The translations under genes and the position numbers were made by a program. From Gemmatimonadales bacterium (GTDB lineage Bacteria; Gemmatimonadota; Gemmatimonadetes; Gemmatimonadales; GWC2-71-9): a stretch of DNA of 46,612 bases. Positions 1-9,798 of the stretch are shown in pieces (position 1 is the stretch's first letter; each line of letters begins with the position of its first letter). Location: assembly GCA_035266665.1 (NCBI GenBank), contig DATFMZ010000156.1, forward strand, positions 1 to 46,612, read 5' to 3'. Under the pieces are notes generated by a model. That model was not told the origin of the DNA, ran no database searches, and saw nothing but the letters and a program-made list of their open reading frames with translations.

Positions 1-1
1 C

Positions 2-2155
2 GAGGGCCGACCCGTGCATCCCACGGAGTCGCGCGAAGCGGAGATGTTGATCCGCAACGAGTTCCCCCAGCCCCTCACGCAGTTCTTCGCCGTCACCGTC
101 ACGGGCCCGATGCCCGTGGACAGCGCCCCGTTTCAGAACGCCCTGACGAAGCTCACCGCGGCGGCCGAGTCCCGTCCGTACATCCGGCTGGTCGTCTCGT
201 CCCTGACGGCCTCGGACTCGAGCTTCGTGAGCAAGGACCGCCGAACGACGTTTTTCATCGCCGCGATCGACGAGAAGAGCGCCGATACGGCAACGGACCT
301 CGTCCCGGACTTCCGCCACGCCATTCACCACGCCGCGGCGCGTCTCCCCGCGGCGAGCGACTACAGCGTGGAGGTGACGGGCGGGCCGGCGCTCGACTTC
401 GACGTACGCACGGTCAGTAAGGAGGACGCGGAGCAGGGCGAGCACAAGGCGATCCCAGCCGCGACGATCGTCCTCGTGCTCGCCTTCGGCGCGCTCGTCG
501 CGGCGATTCTTCCCATCATCGTGGGCCTCTTCGCGATCACCACCTCGCTCGCGCTGGTCTACGTCGCCGCCTCGTACACGCAAATGTCGGTGTTCGTGCT
601 GAACATCGTCTCGATGATCGGGCTGGGCGTTGGCGTGGACTATTCGCTGCTGATGGTGACACGGTTCCGCGAGGAACTGAACCGCGGCCTCGGACGCAAA
701 GATGCGGCCGCCCGCACCGTGGATACGGCGGGCCGCGCGGTCGTCACCAGCGGACTCACCGTCATCGTAGGCTTCGCCGCGCTCATGCTGACCCCGCTCA
801 TGGAGACGCGGTCGGTCGCGATCGGCGGCGTGATGGTAGTGAGCACCGCCGTGTTGCTCTCGATCACCCTGCTCCCCGCCGTGCTCGCGATTCTCGGTCG
901 CACGATCGATATGCCGCGCGGGTTGGCGCGGCGGCTCGCCTGGTACCACGCGCCGCAGCGCTGGGAGCGTTGGGCGCGGTGGCTCTCGCACCATCCCTGG
1001 CGCGCGCTGGTGCTCGGCACCGTGGTGATGGGCGTACTCACCTGGCCGCTCTTCCAGATCAAGATCGGCCTGCCGCGCTCGGGGTGGTTCCCGACCCAGA
1101 CCGAATCCGGCGCCGGTGTGCGCGCGTTGGACCGCATGGGTGCCCGCGGCGCGCTGCAGCCGATCCGCATCGTCGTAGAAGCGCCGCCCGGACAGAAGGT
1201 GGTGAGCACCAAGTACCTGGGCGGCCTCCGGCGGCTCTCCAACATGATCCATGCCGACCCCCGGATCGCGCAGGTGCGCAGCGTGGTCGATCTCACGCGC
1301 GGGACCTCGCTACTGCAGTACTCGATTCTGTACAGCAACGTGGAGCGGGCGCGGGAGCGCTACCCCGACTTTCTGAACGCGTACCTCTCGCGCGACAACC
1401 GCACGACGATCATCGACGCGCTCGTCACCGATACGACGTCGTATCTGAGCTCGATGGACGTGGTGCACCACATACGCGCCGAGGTGGACAGTGGTGTGCC
1501 GGGACTCGACTCGGTGCGGGTGCTGGTGGGCGGATTCCAGGCGGCGAGCGTCGATCTCCAGGACGACCTCCTCCAGGGCCTCCCGATGCTCATCGCCGTC
1601 GTCCTCATCATCACGGCCATCGCGCTCTTCATCGCCTTCCAGTCGGTGCTCGTGCCGCTCAAGGCGGTCGTGATGAACTGTCTCTCGGTGGGGGGCGCGT
1701 TCGGATTGATCGTGCTCGTCTTCCAACGGGGATTCGGCGCGGGGCTCTTCCGGCTCGATGGACCGACCGACGCGATCTACGTGCTCGTGCCGGTGCTCGT
1801 CTTTGCCGTGGTCTTCGGCTTGAGCATGGACTACGAGGTCTTCTTGTTATCGCGCATCAAGGAGGCCTACAAGCGCTCCGGTCGCAACAGTCAGGCCACG
1901 ATGGAAGGGCTGAGCGCCACCGCGTCCGTGATCACGAGTGCCGCCCTCATCATGATCTTCGTCTTCGGGGCGTTCGCGTTCGCACGCCTGTTGGTGGTGC
2001 AGTTGATCGGCTTCGGTCTCGCGGTGGCGGTCTTCCTCGACGCTACGCTGATCCGCATGGTGCTCGTCCCGTCGTTCATGCACATCGCCGGGCGCTGGAA
2101 CTGGTGGCCCGGCGGTCGAGGCGAGCGGCTCGAAGAGGCCGGCGAAGAATCCTAG
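2..2155 (+). CDS. MMPL/RND-superfamily membrane transporter, 5' end cut by the window edge
   Basis: The reading frame of ORF 14..2155 is open to the window start. Two clusters of hydrophobic helices (about aa 155-300 and 540-690) are separated by a large soluble domain, which is the MMPL layout. The expected first TM helix is missing, so the gene starts upstream of the window. Confidence 0.8.
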   Translation, partial: EGRPVHPTESREAEMLIRNEFPQPLTQFFAVTVTGPMPVDSAPFQNALTKLTAAAESRPYIRLVVSSLTASDSSFVSKDRRTTFFIAAIDEKSADTATDLVPDFRHAIHHAAARLPAASDYSVEVTGGPALDFDVRTVSKEDAEQGEHKAIPAATIVLVLAFGALVAAILPIIVGLFAITTSLALVYVAASYTQMSVFVLNIVSMIGLGVGVDYSLLMVTRFREELNRGLGRKDAAARTVDTAGRAVVTSGLTVIVGFAALMLTPLMETRSVAIGGVMVVSTAVLLSITLLPAVLAILGRTIDMPRGLARRLAWYHAPQRWERWARWLSHHPWRALVLGTVVMGVLTWPLFQIKIGLPRSGWFPTQTESGAGVRALDRMGARGALQPIRIVVEAPPGQKVVSTKYLGGLRRLSNMIHADPRIAQVRSVVDLTRGTSLLQYSILYSNVERARERYPDFLNAYLSRDNRTTIIDALVTDTTSYLSSMDVVHHIRAEVDSGVPGLDSVRVLVGGFQAASVDLQDDLLQGLPMLIAVVLIITAIALFIAFQSVLVPLKAVVMNCLSVGGAFGLIVLVFQRGFGAGLFRLDGPTDAIYVLVPVLVFAVVFGLSMDYEVFLLSRIKEAYKRSGRNSQATMEGLSATASVITSAALIMIFVFGAFAFARLLVVQLIGFGLAVAVFLDATLIRMVLVPSFMHIAGRWNWWPGGRGERLEEAGEES

Positions 2156-2156
2156 A

Positions 2157-2477
2157 TCACTCCGGCCCGGCACGCGCGCCGAAGGGCACGCGCGGCCCGG
2201 CGAGTGCCACGGCGCGCACGAGACGTTCCCCCCGCAGATCCCAGTGCCAGGCCTCCACGCGCTCGAGGGTGCGCGGATCCCGGAGCGGTCGGTGCTGCAG
2301 CCAACGAGCGTCGAGGTGCAGACGCGCACCCGCCTCGAGCAGCAGGTCCCGATCGGCCGACACGAGATGGGCCCAGCGCACGCCGCGCAACGTGAACCGG
2401 TGCAGCCAGAGTCCGCCGTCGAGCGCGTATTCGACGCCGGTCCGCCAGTGACCGAACTCGCGCCAGGCCGGCGTCAC
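2157..2477 (-). CDS. DUF4031-like small protein
   Basis: 106-aa ORF. Its GTG start overlaps the polA stop (GTGA at 2474-2477). The pattern WAHLVSAD..LLEAGARLHL..HWDL..RAVALAG resembles the DUF4031 family, recalled from memory and not searched. Confidence 0.5.
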   Translation of the reverse strand: MTPAWREFGHWRTGVEYALDGGLWLHRFTLRGVRWAHLVSADRDLLLEAGARLHLDARWLQHRPLRDPRTLERVEAWHWDLRGERLVRAVALAGPRVPFGARAGPE

Positions 2478-5257
2478 CGCTTCGCGTCGAGCCAGTTGTC
2501 CCCGATCCCAACGTCGACCACCAGCGGCACCTCGAGCCGCTCGGCGCCCTCCATCTCAGCCCGCACCAACTCGCCCACCGCTTCCGCCTCCGCGGCGGGC
2601 GCCTCGAGCACCAACTCGTCGTGCACCTGGAGCAGGATACCGGCCGCCGAGTGCTGATCGAGGAGTGCCGCGTGCAGCCGGATCATCGCCTTCTTGATGA
2701 GATCCGCCGCGGAACCCTGCATGGGGGAATTCATCGCGACACGCTCGGCAAACGAACGCGTGTTGAAGTTCTTGTCGTTGATGTCTGGGATATAGCGCCG
2801 CCGTCCAGAGATCGTCTCGACGTAGCCCTGTTCGCGCGCGCGCGCGATGGTCTGGTCGAGGAACGCGCGGACTCCCGCAAACCGTTCGAAATACGTGTCG
2901 ATGAACGCCTTCGCCTCGTCCTGCGTGATGCCGAGCTGCTTCGAAAGGGAGAACGGGCCCTGCCCGTAGATCGTGCCGAAGTTGATCGTCTTCGCCCGGG
3001 CACGCATCTCGCTCGTGACGTCGTCCACGGAGACACCGAAGATGACGGCCGCGGTCTCCCGATGAATGTCGCGGCCTTCGGCGAAGGCACGAAGAAACAC
3101 GGGATCCGCGGAGAGGTGCGCCAGAATTCGGAGCTCGATCTGCGAATAGTCCGCGACGACGAGCTTGTGTCCCGCCTGGGCGACGAAGCACCGCCGAATC
3201 TCCCGACCGCGCTCCGTGCGCACCGGAATGTTCTGGAGATTCGGATCGGAGGACGACAGCCGGCCCGTCGCGGCGCCGATCTGGCTGAACGTGGTGTGGA
3301 TGCGGCCGGTAGCGGGATCGATGCGCTTCGGGAGCGCATCGACGTACGTAGACCGCAGTTTGCTCAGCTCGCGGTACTCGAGGATGAGCCGCGGAATGAC
3401 GCTCGAGGGATGATCGAGCTCCGCGAGTTGCTGCAACACGTCCGCGTCCGTTGAGGCGCCGGTCTTCGTCTTCTTGATGATCGGGAGATGGTGATCCTCG
3501 AAGAGCACCCTGCGGAGCTGTGGGGTGCTGTTGATGTTGAAGTCATGATCGGCCGCGCTGTAAATCTCTTCCTCGAGCTGCTTGAGCTGTGTACCGAACT
3601 CTTTCGAGAGGGCACCGAGCCGCTCCCGATCCACCGCGATCCCACGCCACTCCATATCCACGAGCACACTGATGAGCGGCACGTCGATCTCGTCGAGCAG
3701 TGGCTGGAGCGCGAGCGATCGGAGCTCGTCCGCGAAGGCCGCGTGCAACCGGAGCACCATCGCGCTGTCGGCGCAGCAGTAGTCCGCCGCATCCTGCGGA
3801 TCCACCTCGGCGAACGATCGCTCCGACTTTCCCTTTCCCACGAGATCGGTGAACTGGGTCATCCGGGCGCTGAAGCGCTCGAGCGCCAGCACGTCGAGTG
3901 CGTGCGAGCGCCTGCCCGGATCGAGGAGGAAGCTCGCGAGCATCGAATCGTACGCGACGCCCCGGAGCGTGATGCCCGCGCGCCGCAGCACCAGCCAGTC
4001 GTACTTGATGTTGTGGCCTGCCTTGCGGACGCCCGCATCCTCGAGCAGCTCGCGGAGGGGACGCATCGCCGGATCGTCCAGCCCGGGCAGGTTCACCGGC
4101 TCCTGCGCGCCGAGCTCCGCCGGCGCCCGATGCGCGAGCGGGAAGTACCAGCCGCGCTCCGCGGTGACGGCGAGCGACAACCCCACGAGATCGGCCTGCG
4201 TGGGATCGAGGGACGTGGTCTCGGTGTCCACCGCCACCAGCTCCGCGTCCCGAGCAGCCCGGACGATGCCGGCGACGTCGCTCACGCGGGTGACCAACGT
4301 GAACGCGGTCTCGGTTTCGGACTCGGTCTGCGGCGCGCCGGCCGCCTCCACCCTCGACAGCAGCGAATGGAATTCGAGCTCCGCGAAGAGCTGGGCCAGC
4401 CGCGTGGTGTCGGGCGGCTGGCGTCGGCAGCTCTCGAACGCGAGATCCACCGGCACGTCCCGGTGGATCGTCACGAGCTCGCGCGAGAGGCGGGCTTCCT
4501 CGGCGTGCGCGAGGAGTGCTTCGCGCGCGCGCTTTCCGGTCACGTCGGCCGCATGGCCCAGGATGTCGTCCAGTCCGCCATACGCCTCGATCAAGGCGCG
4601 CGCGGTCTTGTCGCCGACCCCCCGCACCCCCGGTACGTTGTCCGAGGAATCGCCGACGAGCGCGAGGTAGTCGATCACGCGCTCTGGAGGGACCCCCAAT
4701 CGCTCAGCCGCGTTCGACGGATCGACCCAGACCTCGTCCACCGCGGCGGGGCCGCCGCGCCCCGGATTGAGCAGCGAGACCTCGGGTGCAACGAGCTGAT
4801 AGAAATCCTTGTCGCCCGAGACGATCACCGCGTGCATGCCCGCCTCGGCGGCGCGCGTGGCGAGGGTGCCGATGACGTCATCGGCCTCGTAGCCCTCGAC
4901 GCGCACGAGCGGCACGTGGAACGCGTCGAGCAGCTCGCCGACCCGAACCACCGATTGATCGAAGGCCTGCTGCAGCTCGGGCTCGAGCTTCTCGCGCGTC
5001 GCCTTGTAGTCGGGGAAGGTCTCGTGACGGAACGACGTGCCCGCATCGTGCACCCAGGCCACGTAGTCGGGATGGTGTTGCTCGAACAGCCGCAGCAGGA
5101 AGTTCGCGACCCCCCACGTCGCCGACGTGTTCTCGCCGCGGCCGGTCGTGAGCGGACGCCCGATCATCGCGAAGAAGGCGCGATAGATCAGAGCATAGCC
5201 ATCGACGAGGAAGATCGTGGGCTTCGCCGGCACGTGGGCCGGCGGCGGGGTGGACAT
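2474..5257 (-). CDS. polA: DNA polymerase I
   Basis: 927-aa ORF. N-terminal 5'-3' exonuclease (FLVDGYALIYRAFFA, GDKDFYQL), a central 3'-5' exonuclease-like domain, and C-terminal family-A polymerase motifs (ADYSQIELRILAH, QVHDELVLE). Confidence 0.97.
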   Translation of the reverse strand: MSTPPPAHVPAKPTIFLVDGYALIYRAFFAMIGRPLTTGRGENTSATWGVANFLLRLFEQHHPDYVAWVHDAGTSFRHETFPDYKATREKLEPELQQAFDQSVVRVGELLDAFHVPLVRVEGYEADDVIGTLATRAAEAGMHAVIVSGDKDFYQLVAPEVSLLNPGRGGPAAVDEVWVDPSNAAERLGVPPERVIDYLALVGDSSDNVPGVRGVGDKTARALIEAYGGLDDILGHAADVTGKRAREALLAHAEEARLSRELVTIHRDVPVDLAFESCRRQPPDTTRLAQLFAELEFHSLLSRVEAAGAPQTESETETAFTLVTRVSDVAGIVRAARDAELVAVDTETTSLDPTQADLVGLSLAVTAERGWYFPLAHRAPAELGAQEPVNLPGLDDPAMRPLRELLEDAGVRKAGHNIKYDWLVLRRAGITLRGVAYDSMLASFLLDPGRRSHALDVLALERFSARMTQFTDLVGKGKSERSFAEVDPQDAADYCCADSAMVLRLHAAFADELRSLALQPLLDEIDVPLISVLVDMEWRGIAVDRERLGALSKEFGTQLKQLEEEIYSAADHDFNINSTPQLRRVLFEDHHLPIIKKTKTGASTDADVLQQLAELDHPSSVIPRLILEYRELSKLRSTYVDALPKRIDPATGRIHTTFSQIGAATGRLSSSDPNLQNIPVRTERGREIRRCFVAQAGHKLVVADYSQIELRILAHLSADPVFLRAFAEGRDIHRETAAVIFGVSVDDVTSEMRARAKTINFGTIYGQGPFSLSKQLGITQDEAKAFIDTYFERFAGVRAFLDQTIARAREQGYVETISGRRRYIPDINDKNFNTRSFAERVAMNSPMQGSAADLIKKAMIRLHAALLDQHSAAGILLQVHDELVLEAPAAEAEAVGELVRAEMEGAERLEVPLVVDVGIGDNWLDAKR

Positions 5258-5280
5258 GCGCGCAAGATAACCCGACGCAA

Positions 5281-5314
5281 GACGCCCCGCCCGGGAGCTG
5301 CCGGGCGGGGCGTC
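5281..5314 (-). terminator. GC-rich hairpin downstream of the cold-shock gene
   Basis: Perfect 14-bp inverted repeat GACGCCCCGCCCGG / CCGGGCGGGGCGTC with a 6-nt loop. It lies 25 nt past the csp stop and upstream of the polA start. No clear T-tract follows. Confidence 0.55.
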
Positions 5315-5338
5315 GATGGGCGGTCGGTGGTGACGCGC

Positions 5339-5536
5339 CTAGCAGAGCGTCACGTTGCGCGCCCGAACGTCCCGTTCCTGGAATTCCACCTCGAACTCCA
5401 CCTCCTGCCCTTCCACCAGGGTACGGAACCCGCTGGTTTGGATCGCCGAGAAGTGCACGAACACATCCTCGCCACGTTCGGCGGCGATGAAACCGTACCC
5501 CTTGGCGTCGTTGAACCACTTCACCTTACCGTGCAT
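5339..5536 (-). CDS. cold-shock protein (CspA family)
   Basis: 65 aa, [17 protein letters not shown]...DVFVHFSAI, which are the RNP1/RNP2 cold-shock domain motifs. The ATG at 5536-5534 is preceded by GGGAGG. The 376-aa track ORF 5339..6469 is a read-through artefact. Confidence 0.93.
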   Translation of the reverse strand: MHGKVKWFNDAKGYGFIAAERGEDVFVHFSAIQTSGFRTLVEGQEVEFEVEFQERDVRARNVTLC

Positions 5537-5592
5537 AGGCAGCGCCTCCCAAACGAGTGCTCCCGCTATGCTGTCGCCCGCCGCCGCCGGTG

Positions 5593-6138
5593 TCAAGCGA
5601 GGAGGCGCACCACGAGCGCCACGCCGGGGGCGACGACCAGGTTGTCGTCGAGCGGCGGGCTCCAGCGCTCGAGGGCCGCCCCGACGAGCCCCGCGACGAG
5701 CGCCGTCCGCCACCCGACGTGACCCGCCAGCGCGGCGAGCGTGATCACGCCGAACGCCGCGGCCGAGCCTGCCCAGCTCTTGGCCTTCCCACCCCCGAAC
5801 CGGCTCCCCACGAGGGACGCCGCCGGATCGCCGAGCGTCGCCGCAAGCACACCCACCACCCCCGCCTGCGGGGGAAAGAACGCCGCCGCGGCGAGCCCGA
5901 ACGCGAGCCACAGTGCGCCGGATGGGCGCCGCTGCTCGCCGGGACGAAAGGCCGGAATCTGCCGTGCCAGGAACTCCCGAAACTCCGGCCGGCCGAGGCG
6001 TATCGTCTCGAGGATCGCGGCGAGGGCCGCGACGGCGAAGACCGTGACGCGGAACAGCTCCCAGGAGCCGAGCCACGCGACGAGCAGCAACCCCGCAGCC
6101 GCCGCATGGAGCGCACGCCGGAGTGCCGTCGGGCTCAC
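5593..6138 (-). CDS. polyprenol/dolichol-kinase-like membrane protein (CTP_transf_1 / phytol-kinase-like family)
   Basis: 181-aa multi-TM ORF with [26 protein letters not shown], resembling the cytidylyltransferase/dolichol-kinase family signature. Its GTG start overlaps the upstream gene's stop (GTGA at 6135-6138). Confidence 0.55.
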   Translation of the reverse strand: MSPTALRRALHAAAAGLLLVAWLGSWELFRVTVFAVAALAAILETIRLGRPEFREFLARQIPAFRPGEQRRPSGALWLAFGLAAAAFFPPQAGVVGVLAATLGDPAASLVGSRFGGGKAKSWAGSAAAFGVITLAALAGHVGWRTALVAGLVGAALERWSPPLDDNLVVAPGVALVVRLLA

Positions 6139-8492
6139 GGACTCCCGCCGGCGCCGGAGAGCGAGGCGTCGTCGGCTTCCGGATAGAGCGCGCGATAGAG
6201 ATCGCGATTCCTGAGCACGGCCCGCACGTACCCGCGCGTTTCGCTATAGGGAATGCGCTCGACGAACAGCGCGGCGTCTTCCGCGCGGCGCGGGCCCCGG
6301 AGCCACCGCGAGACGGCACCGCCCCCCGCATTGTAGGCCGCGACCGCGGGCACCACGGCGCCGTCGAACCGCCGGAGCAGTTGGGCGAGGTGCGCCGCGC
6401 CGAGATGCAGGTTCGCATCCGCCACCTGGGTGAGCGCGGGGTCCCAGCTGACGCCGAGGCGCCGGGCAATTCCCCGCGCGGTGCTGGGCATGAGCTGCAT
6501 CAGGCCGAGCGCGCCGGCGCGCGACTCGGCATCGGCCTTGAAGCTCGATTCCTGGCGGATCAGGCCGGCGAGGAGGTAGGGATCGAGCGCGAAGCGCCGC
6601 GCCTCGGAGACGATCAGCGCGCGATGCGGCCAGGGAAAGATCGCGCGGAGCACCCGCGGATCGTTCAGCGTGAGCCGGCCGGCGGCGCGCCAGCCCAGCG
6701 AGATGCCGGTCCCCGTCCGTCCCCGCGCGATCAACCCGTCGGCGAGATCGAGGATCGCCTGCGGCGACTGCCACGGCCGGCTGACGAGGGAGGCCACCGC
6801 GAGGTCCGCCTCGTGGTCGAATCCGGCCGCCTCCAGCAAATCGACCTCATCGAGTGCCCGCGTCACCTCTGGCGCCGGCGCGTGGTCCGCAGGCTCGGGG
6901 AGGTCCAGCGGGGGCGACCCGATCAACTGCCGCGCCTCCATCCCGTAGTATCCCAGCGAATCCGTACGGGCGAGCGTGGCGAGCGTGGCGTGGGCCGAGG
7001 TGTCGCCGCGCGCGAGCGCAATCCGCGCGAGCAGGTACCGCGCGGCTTCCGCGTTCGGGCCGGCGCCATCCTGCTCGACGGTGTAGTCCGCGATGGCGGC
7101 GGCCGTGTCGTGCCGCGCGAGCGCCGTCGCCGCGAGCGTCATGCGCTCGCGCGACGCCCCGGCGCTCTTGGGGAAGCGGCGCACGACGTCGCGCCGCAAG
7201 GCGTCGCTGTTGGCGAGCTCGGCCGCGAGGGTGAGGGCAACGCTCGCCGCGCGATCGTCGGCGTGGGTCTTCGCGAACTGGACCAGCTCGCGCCGTGCGG
7301 CCGTGGTGCCGCCGCGCCGCGCACGCAGGCGGGCGTGGCGCAGCACGGCCAGCGTGGCCACGTGGCCGCGCCCGCGCGCCAGACGGGCGTAGAGACCGCT
7401 TGCGGCATTCCACTCCCGTGCTTGCTCGAGCCATTTGGCCCGCACGAGGGTCGTCGAGTCCGACGCGTCGCCCAGGGCGACGGCCCGCGCGGCCCAGCGA
7501 GCGGCCTCGCGGTACTCGCCGAGCGCCGCCGCACCGCGCCCGAGCGCGAGCGCCATGGCGGGCGTGTGGGGCGGGAGCGCATGAGTCACGAAGGCGAGCG
7601 CCTGACGAACGACCGCGGTGTCGGTATCGGCGAGGGCCGCGACGGCGAGCCGGCGCGCCGAGAGGGTGTCGCCACGGGCGGCCGCGAGCCGTGCCGCCGG
7701 GAGATGGCGTCCCGCCCGGGCGAACGCGTCGATGGCGAGCGCGGTATCCCCCGAGCCGATCCACAGGGTCGCGCGAATCTCCTCGGCGAGCGACGTGGCG
7801 CCGTCGGGGGCGTTCCCCAGCAGCTCGGCGGCGCGCAACGGATTGGTGAGGTGTCGGGCCGCGCGCAGATCGAGCCACCCCGCGATCTCCGGGAGCGCGT
7901 GGGCGGCGGCGAGATACGCGTCCGCCGCACTCGAGTCGACGTGCGCCGCGGCGAACGCCGCGCCCGCGCGCGCGAGAAGGATGCCGCGGGAGGCGCCGCT
8001 CGCACCGCCCGCCGCGTCGAGATAGAGCCGGCCGGCATCTGCCGGATGACCGCTCTGGAGCGCCGCGGCGGCTCGGAGCGCGAGCCGGACGGCGGCATAG
8101 GTCGAATCGACGAGGGGATGCGTATCGAGGAGCGTGGCGGCCCGGGCGGGGCGCCCCAGGGCCAGCTCCGCACGCGCAGCGCGCAGGACGTCGAGATCTC
8201 CGACGCTGTCGGACCCGCCCCGCTGCGTGGCCCACGCGTGCGCCACGTGCCACGGAGCGGCGGTCTCCCACGGCCAGGGAAGGGCGGCGGTCTGCGCGCG
8301 CAGCACGCCCACCCCAACGAGCAGGCCGGCTCCAACCAGCCGGACAATGCGGCGGGCGATCAGCCTTCGGTCCTGCGAAGCCGGTCCAGGACCTGCGCGT
8401 AGGCAGCTTGGGATGCCGGCGTGAGGCGGAAGTTCCCGAAGCCGGAACGATCGACGAAGTCGAGGGTGATGCGGTATGGGGTGTAGCTCCAC
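6135..8492 (-). CDS. soluble lytic murein transglycosylase-like protein (helical repeat N-domain plus C-terminal SLT domain)
   Basis: C-terminal SLT motifs are [26 protein letters not shown] and [10 protein letters not shown], behind a long Ala/Leu-rich superhelical region. The ORF is open to 8591. The only canonical starts are ATG 8591 and GTG 8492. The signal peptide ([23 protein letters not shown]) begins only at 8363, so the true start is uncertain (see findings). Confidence 0.85.
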   Translation of the reverse strand: MELHPIPHHPRLRRSFRLRELPPHAGIPSCLRAGPGPASQDRRLIARRIVRLVGAGLLVGVGVLRAQTAALPWPWETAAPWHVAHAWATQRGGSDSVGDLDVLRAARAELALGRPARAATLLDTHPLVDSTYAAVRLALRAAAALQSGHPADAGRLYLDAAGGASGASRGILLARAGAAFAAAHVDSSAADAYLAAAHALPEIAGWLDLRAARHLTNPLRAAELLGNAPDGATSLAEEIRATLWIGSGDTALAIDAFARAGRHLPAARLAAARGDTLSARRLAVAALADTDTAVVRQALAFVTHALPPHTPAMALALGRGAAALGEYREAARWAARAVALGDASDSTTLVRAKWLEQAREWNAASGLYARLARGRGHVATLAVLRHARLRARRGGTTAARRELVQFAKTHADDRAASVALTLAAELANSDALRRDVVRRFPKSAGASRERMTLAATALARHDTAAAIADYTVEQDGAGPNAEAARYLLARIALARGDTSAHATLATLARTDSLGYYGMEARQLIGSPPLDLPEPADHAPAPEVTRALDEVDLLEAAGFDHEADLAVASLVSRPWQSPQAILDLADGLIARGRTGTGISLGWRAAGRLTLNDPRVLRAIFPWPHRALIVSEARRFALDPYLLAGLIRQESSFKADAESRAGALGLMQLMPSTARGIARRLGVSWDPALTQVADANLHLGAAHLAQLLRRFDGAVVPAVAAYNAGGGAVSRWLRGPRRAEDAALFVERIPYSETRGYVRAVLRNRDLYRALYPEADDASLSGAGGSP

Positions 8493-9736
8493 CGGATGAG
8501 ACGCACCCCTCCTTGGACGATCGAGCTCGCGTCGTAGACGTCCGATGGTTCGCCCAGGGTGATGAAGACGCGCCCGCGGTCGGTGAGCCAACCGGCCAGA
8601 TCACCCTCTTGATAGCGCTGATTCGCGATCTCGAGACGCGCGAAGTACTCGTCGAGCGCCTCGTTCTGCGGCGTCACGATGACCGGATCGGTTTCCCTCC
8701 AGAACTTGCGCCACAGCTCGATGCGCTTCGCCCCGGTGGCGTTCTTGATCGAGTCGATCTGGTTCGTGTAGCCGAAGTAGCGGAGCATCGAGAGCACTTC
8801 ATCGAGATTCGCCGTGACCCACTGGCCCGAGAAGCTCACGAGCGCCGGGATCGAGACGGTGTCGGGCACACCGTTCACCGCCGCCACGACCCGCAGCTCG
8901 CCGATCGGAAGACTGTCGGGCGGGATCGCGATGCTCGCCGTGGCGAGCGCGCCGGAGGGCACGAACGGCACGCTGCCGCGCCACACGGTCGTTCCGCTCT
9001 GGCTCAGCGCCTCGACGGAGGCCGTGGTGCCACGCGCGAGCCCGTATCCCTCGAGGTAGAAGCGGAGCGTGTCGGCCGCATAGGGAACCATCGCGCGCGG
9101 GTTGATGGCGAAACGGGGCGCGCTGTCGAGCGCGGTGCGGGCGCTGTCATCGTAGACCGCGACGAGCGAGGAGATCGTGTGCGGCCCGAAGCGTGGGACG
9201 TCGATCGTGCGCTCGTCGGCGCCGGAGATCGTCGCGGCCGATGCGTCGCGTACCGTGACCCGCACGTTCGTCTTGCCCGGCGGCACGAGCACGGCGTTCT
9301 GGGCGACGATGCTCTGGACGCTCTGCAGGGTCTCCTTGAACGTGGCGACCCACACCGTGTCCAGCGCACGAATGCGTCCAACCGTCTGGCCGTTCTGGTC
9401 GAAGTCGACGTTGACCTGATACTCCGCGTGGAACCCTCGCGTCGTGTGGCCGAAGGAGAGCGCATTGTTCGCCATCGAAATCCCAAAGACGGCGAGTGTC
9501 GAGTCGGGAGTGGGCCCCGCGAGGAACCGCACCGTGGCGACGAAGGGGAGCCCCGCCCCCCGCGCGAAAAGCCCCATGTTCCGATAGACGCTGATCGCAT
9601 CGAACAGCTGGGGGACGGAGGTGTCGGGGCTGGGCCCTTCCTCCTGGCCCACGCGCCGCCACGTACACCCCGCGAGCGTGGTCGCGGTGACCAGCCCGAC
9701 GATGCCGAGCGCGCGGGGAAGGCGGGTGTGTATCAT
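8360..9736 (-). CDS. GWxTD-domain lipoprotein
   Basis: 458 aa. The N-terminal lipobox is LVTATTLAGC. The C-terminal motif GWLTDRGRVFITLGEPSDVY matches the GWxTD domain signature. Confidence 0.8.
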   Translation of the reverse strand: MIHTRLPRALGIVGLVTATTLAGCTWRRVGQEEGPSPDTSVPQLFDAISVYRNMGLFARGAGLPFVATVRFLAGPTPDSTLAVFGISMANNALSFGHTTRGFHAEYQVNVDFDQNGQTVGRIRALDTVWVATFKETLQSVQSIVAQNAVLVPPGKTNVRVTVRDASAATISGADERTIDVPRFGPHTISSLVAVYDDSARTALDSAPRFAINPRAMVPYAADTLRFYLEGYGLARGTTASVEALSQSGTTVWRGSVPFVPSGALATASIAIPPDSLPIGELRVVAAVNGVPDTVSIPALVSFSGQWVTANLDEVLSMLRYFGYTNQIDSIKNATGAKRIELWRKFWRETDPVIVTPQNEALDEYFARLEIANQRYQEGDLAGWLTDRGRVFITLGEPSDVYDASSIVQGGVRLIRWSYTPYRITLDFVDRSGFGNFRLTPASQAAYAQVLDRLRRTEG

Positions 9737-9798
9737 GGCCGAACCTAAGTCTCCGACTTGCCGAAGTTCAAGTCAGTGCAGTAGCTTGGCGAACCAAG

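Noticed and set aside
3488-5722. 744-aa plus-strand ORF covering most of polA
   Set aside because: It is antisense to an unmistakable polA gene. The product is Arg/Glu/His/Pro-rich with no motifs. It is a typical shadow ORF in high-G+C DNA.
5339-6469. 376-aa ORF ending in the cold-shock domain
   Set aside because: Only the last 65 aa are CSD-like, and these have their own ATG and GGGAGG RBS. The upstream part overlaps the polyprenol-kinase-like and Slt genes in another frame.
6123-8402. 759-aa plus-strand ORF and the 585-aa minus-strand ORF 6847..8604
   Set aside because: They overlap the Slt-like gene antisense or out of frame. Their composition is Arg/Gly/Ala/Pro-dominated, with no signal peptide or domain motifs.
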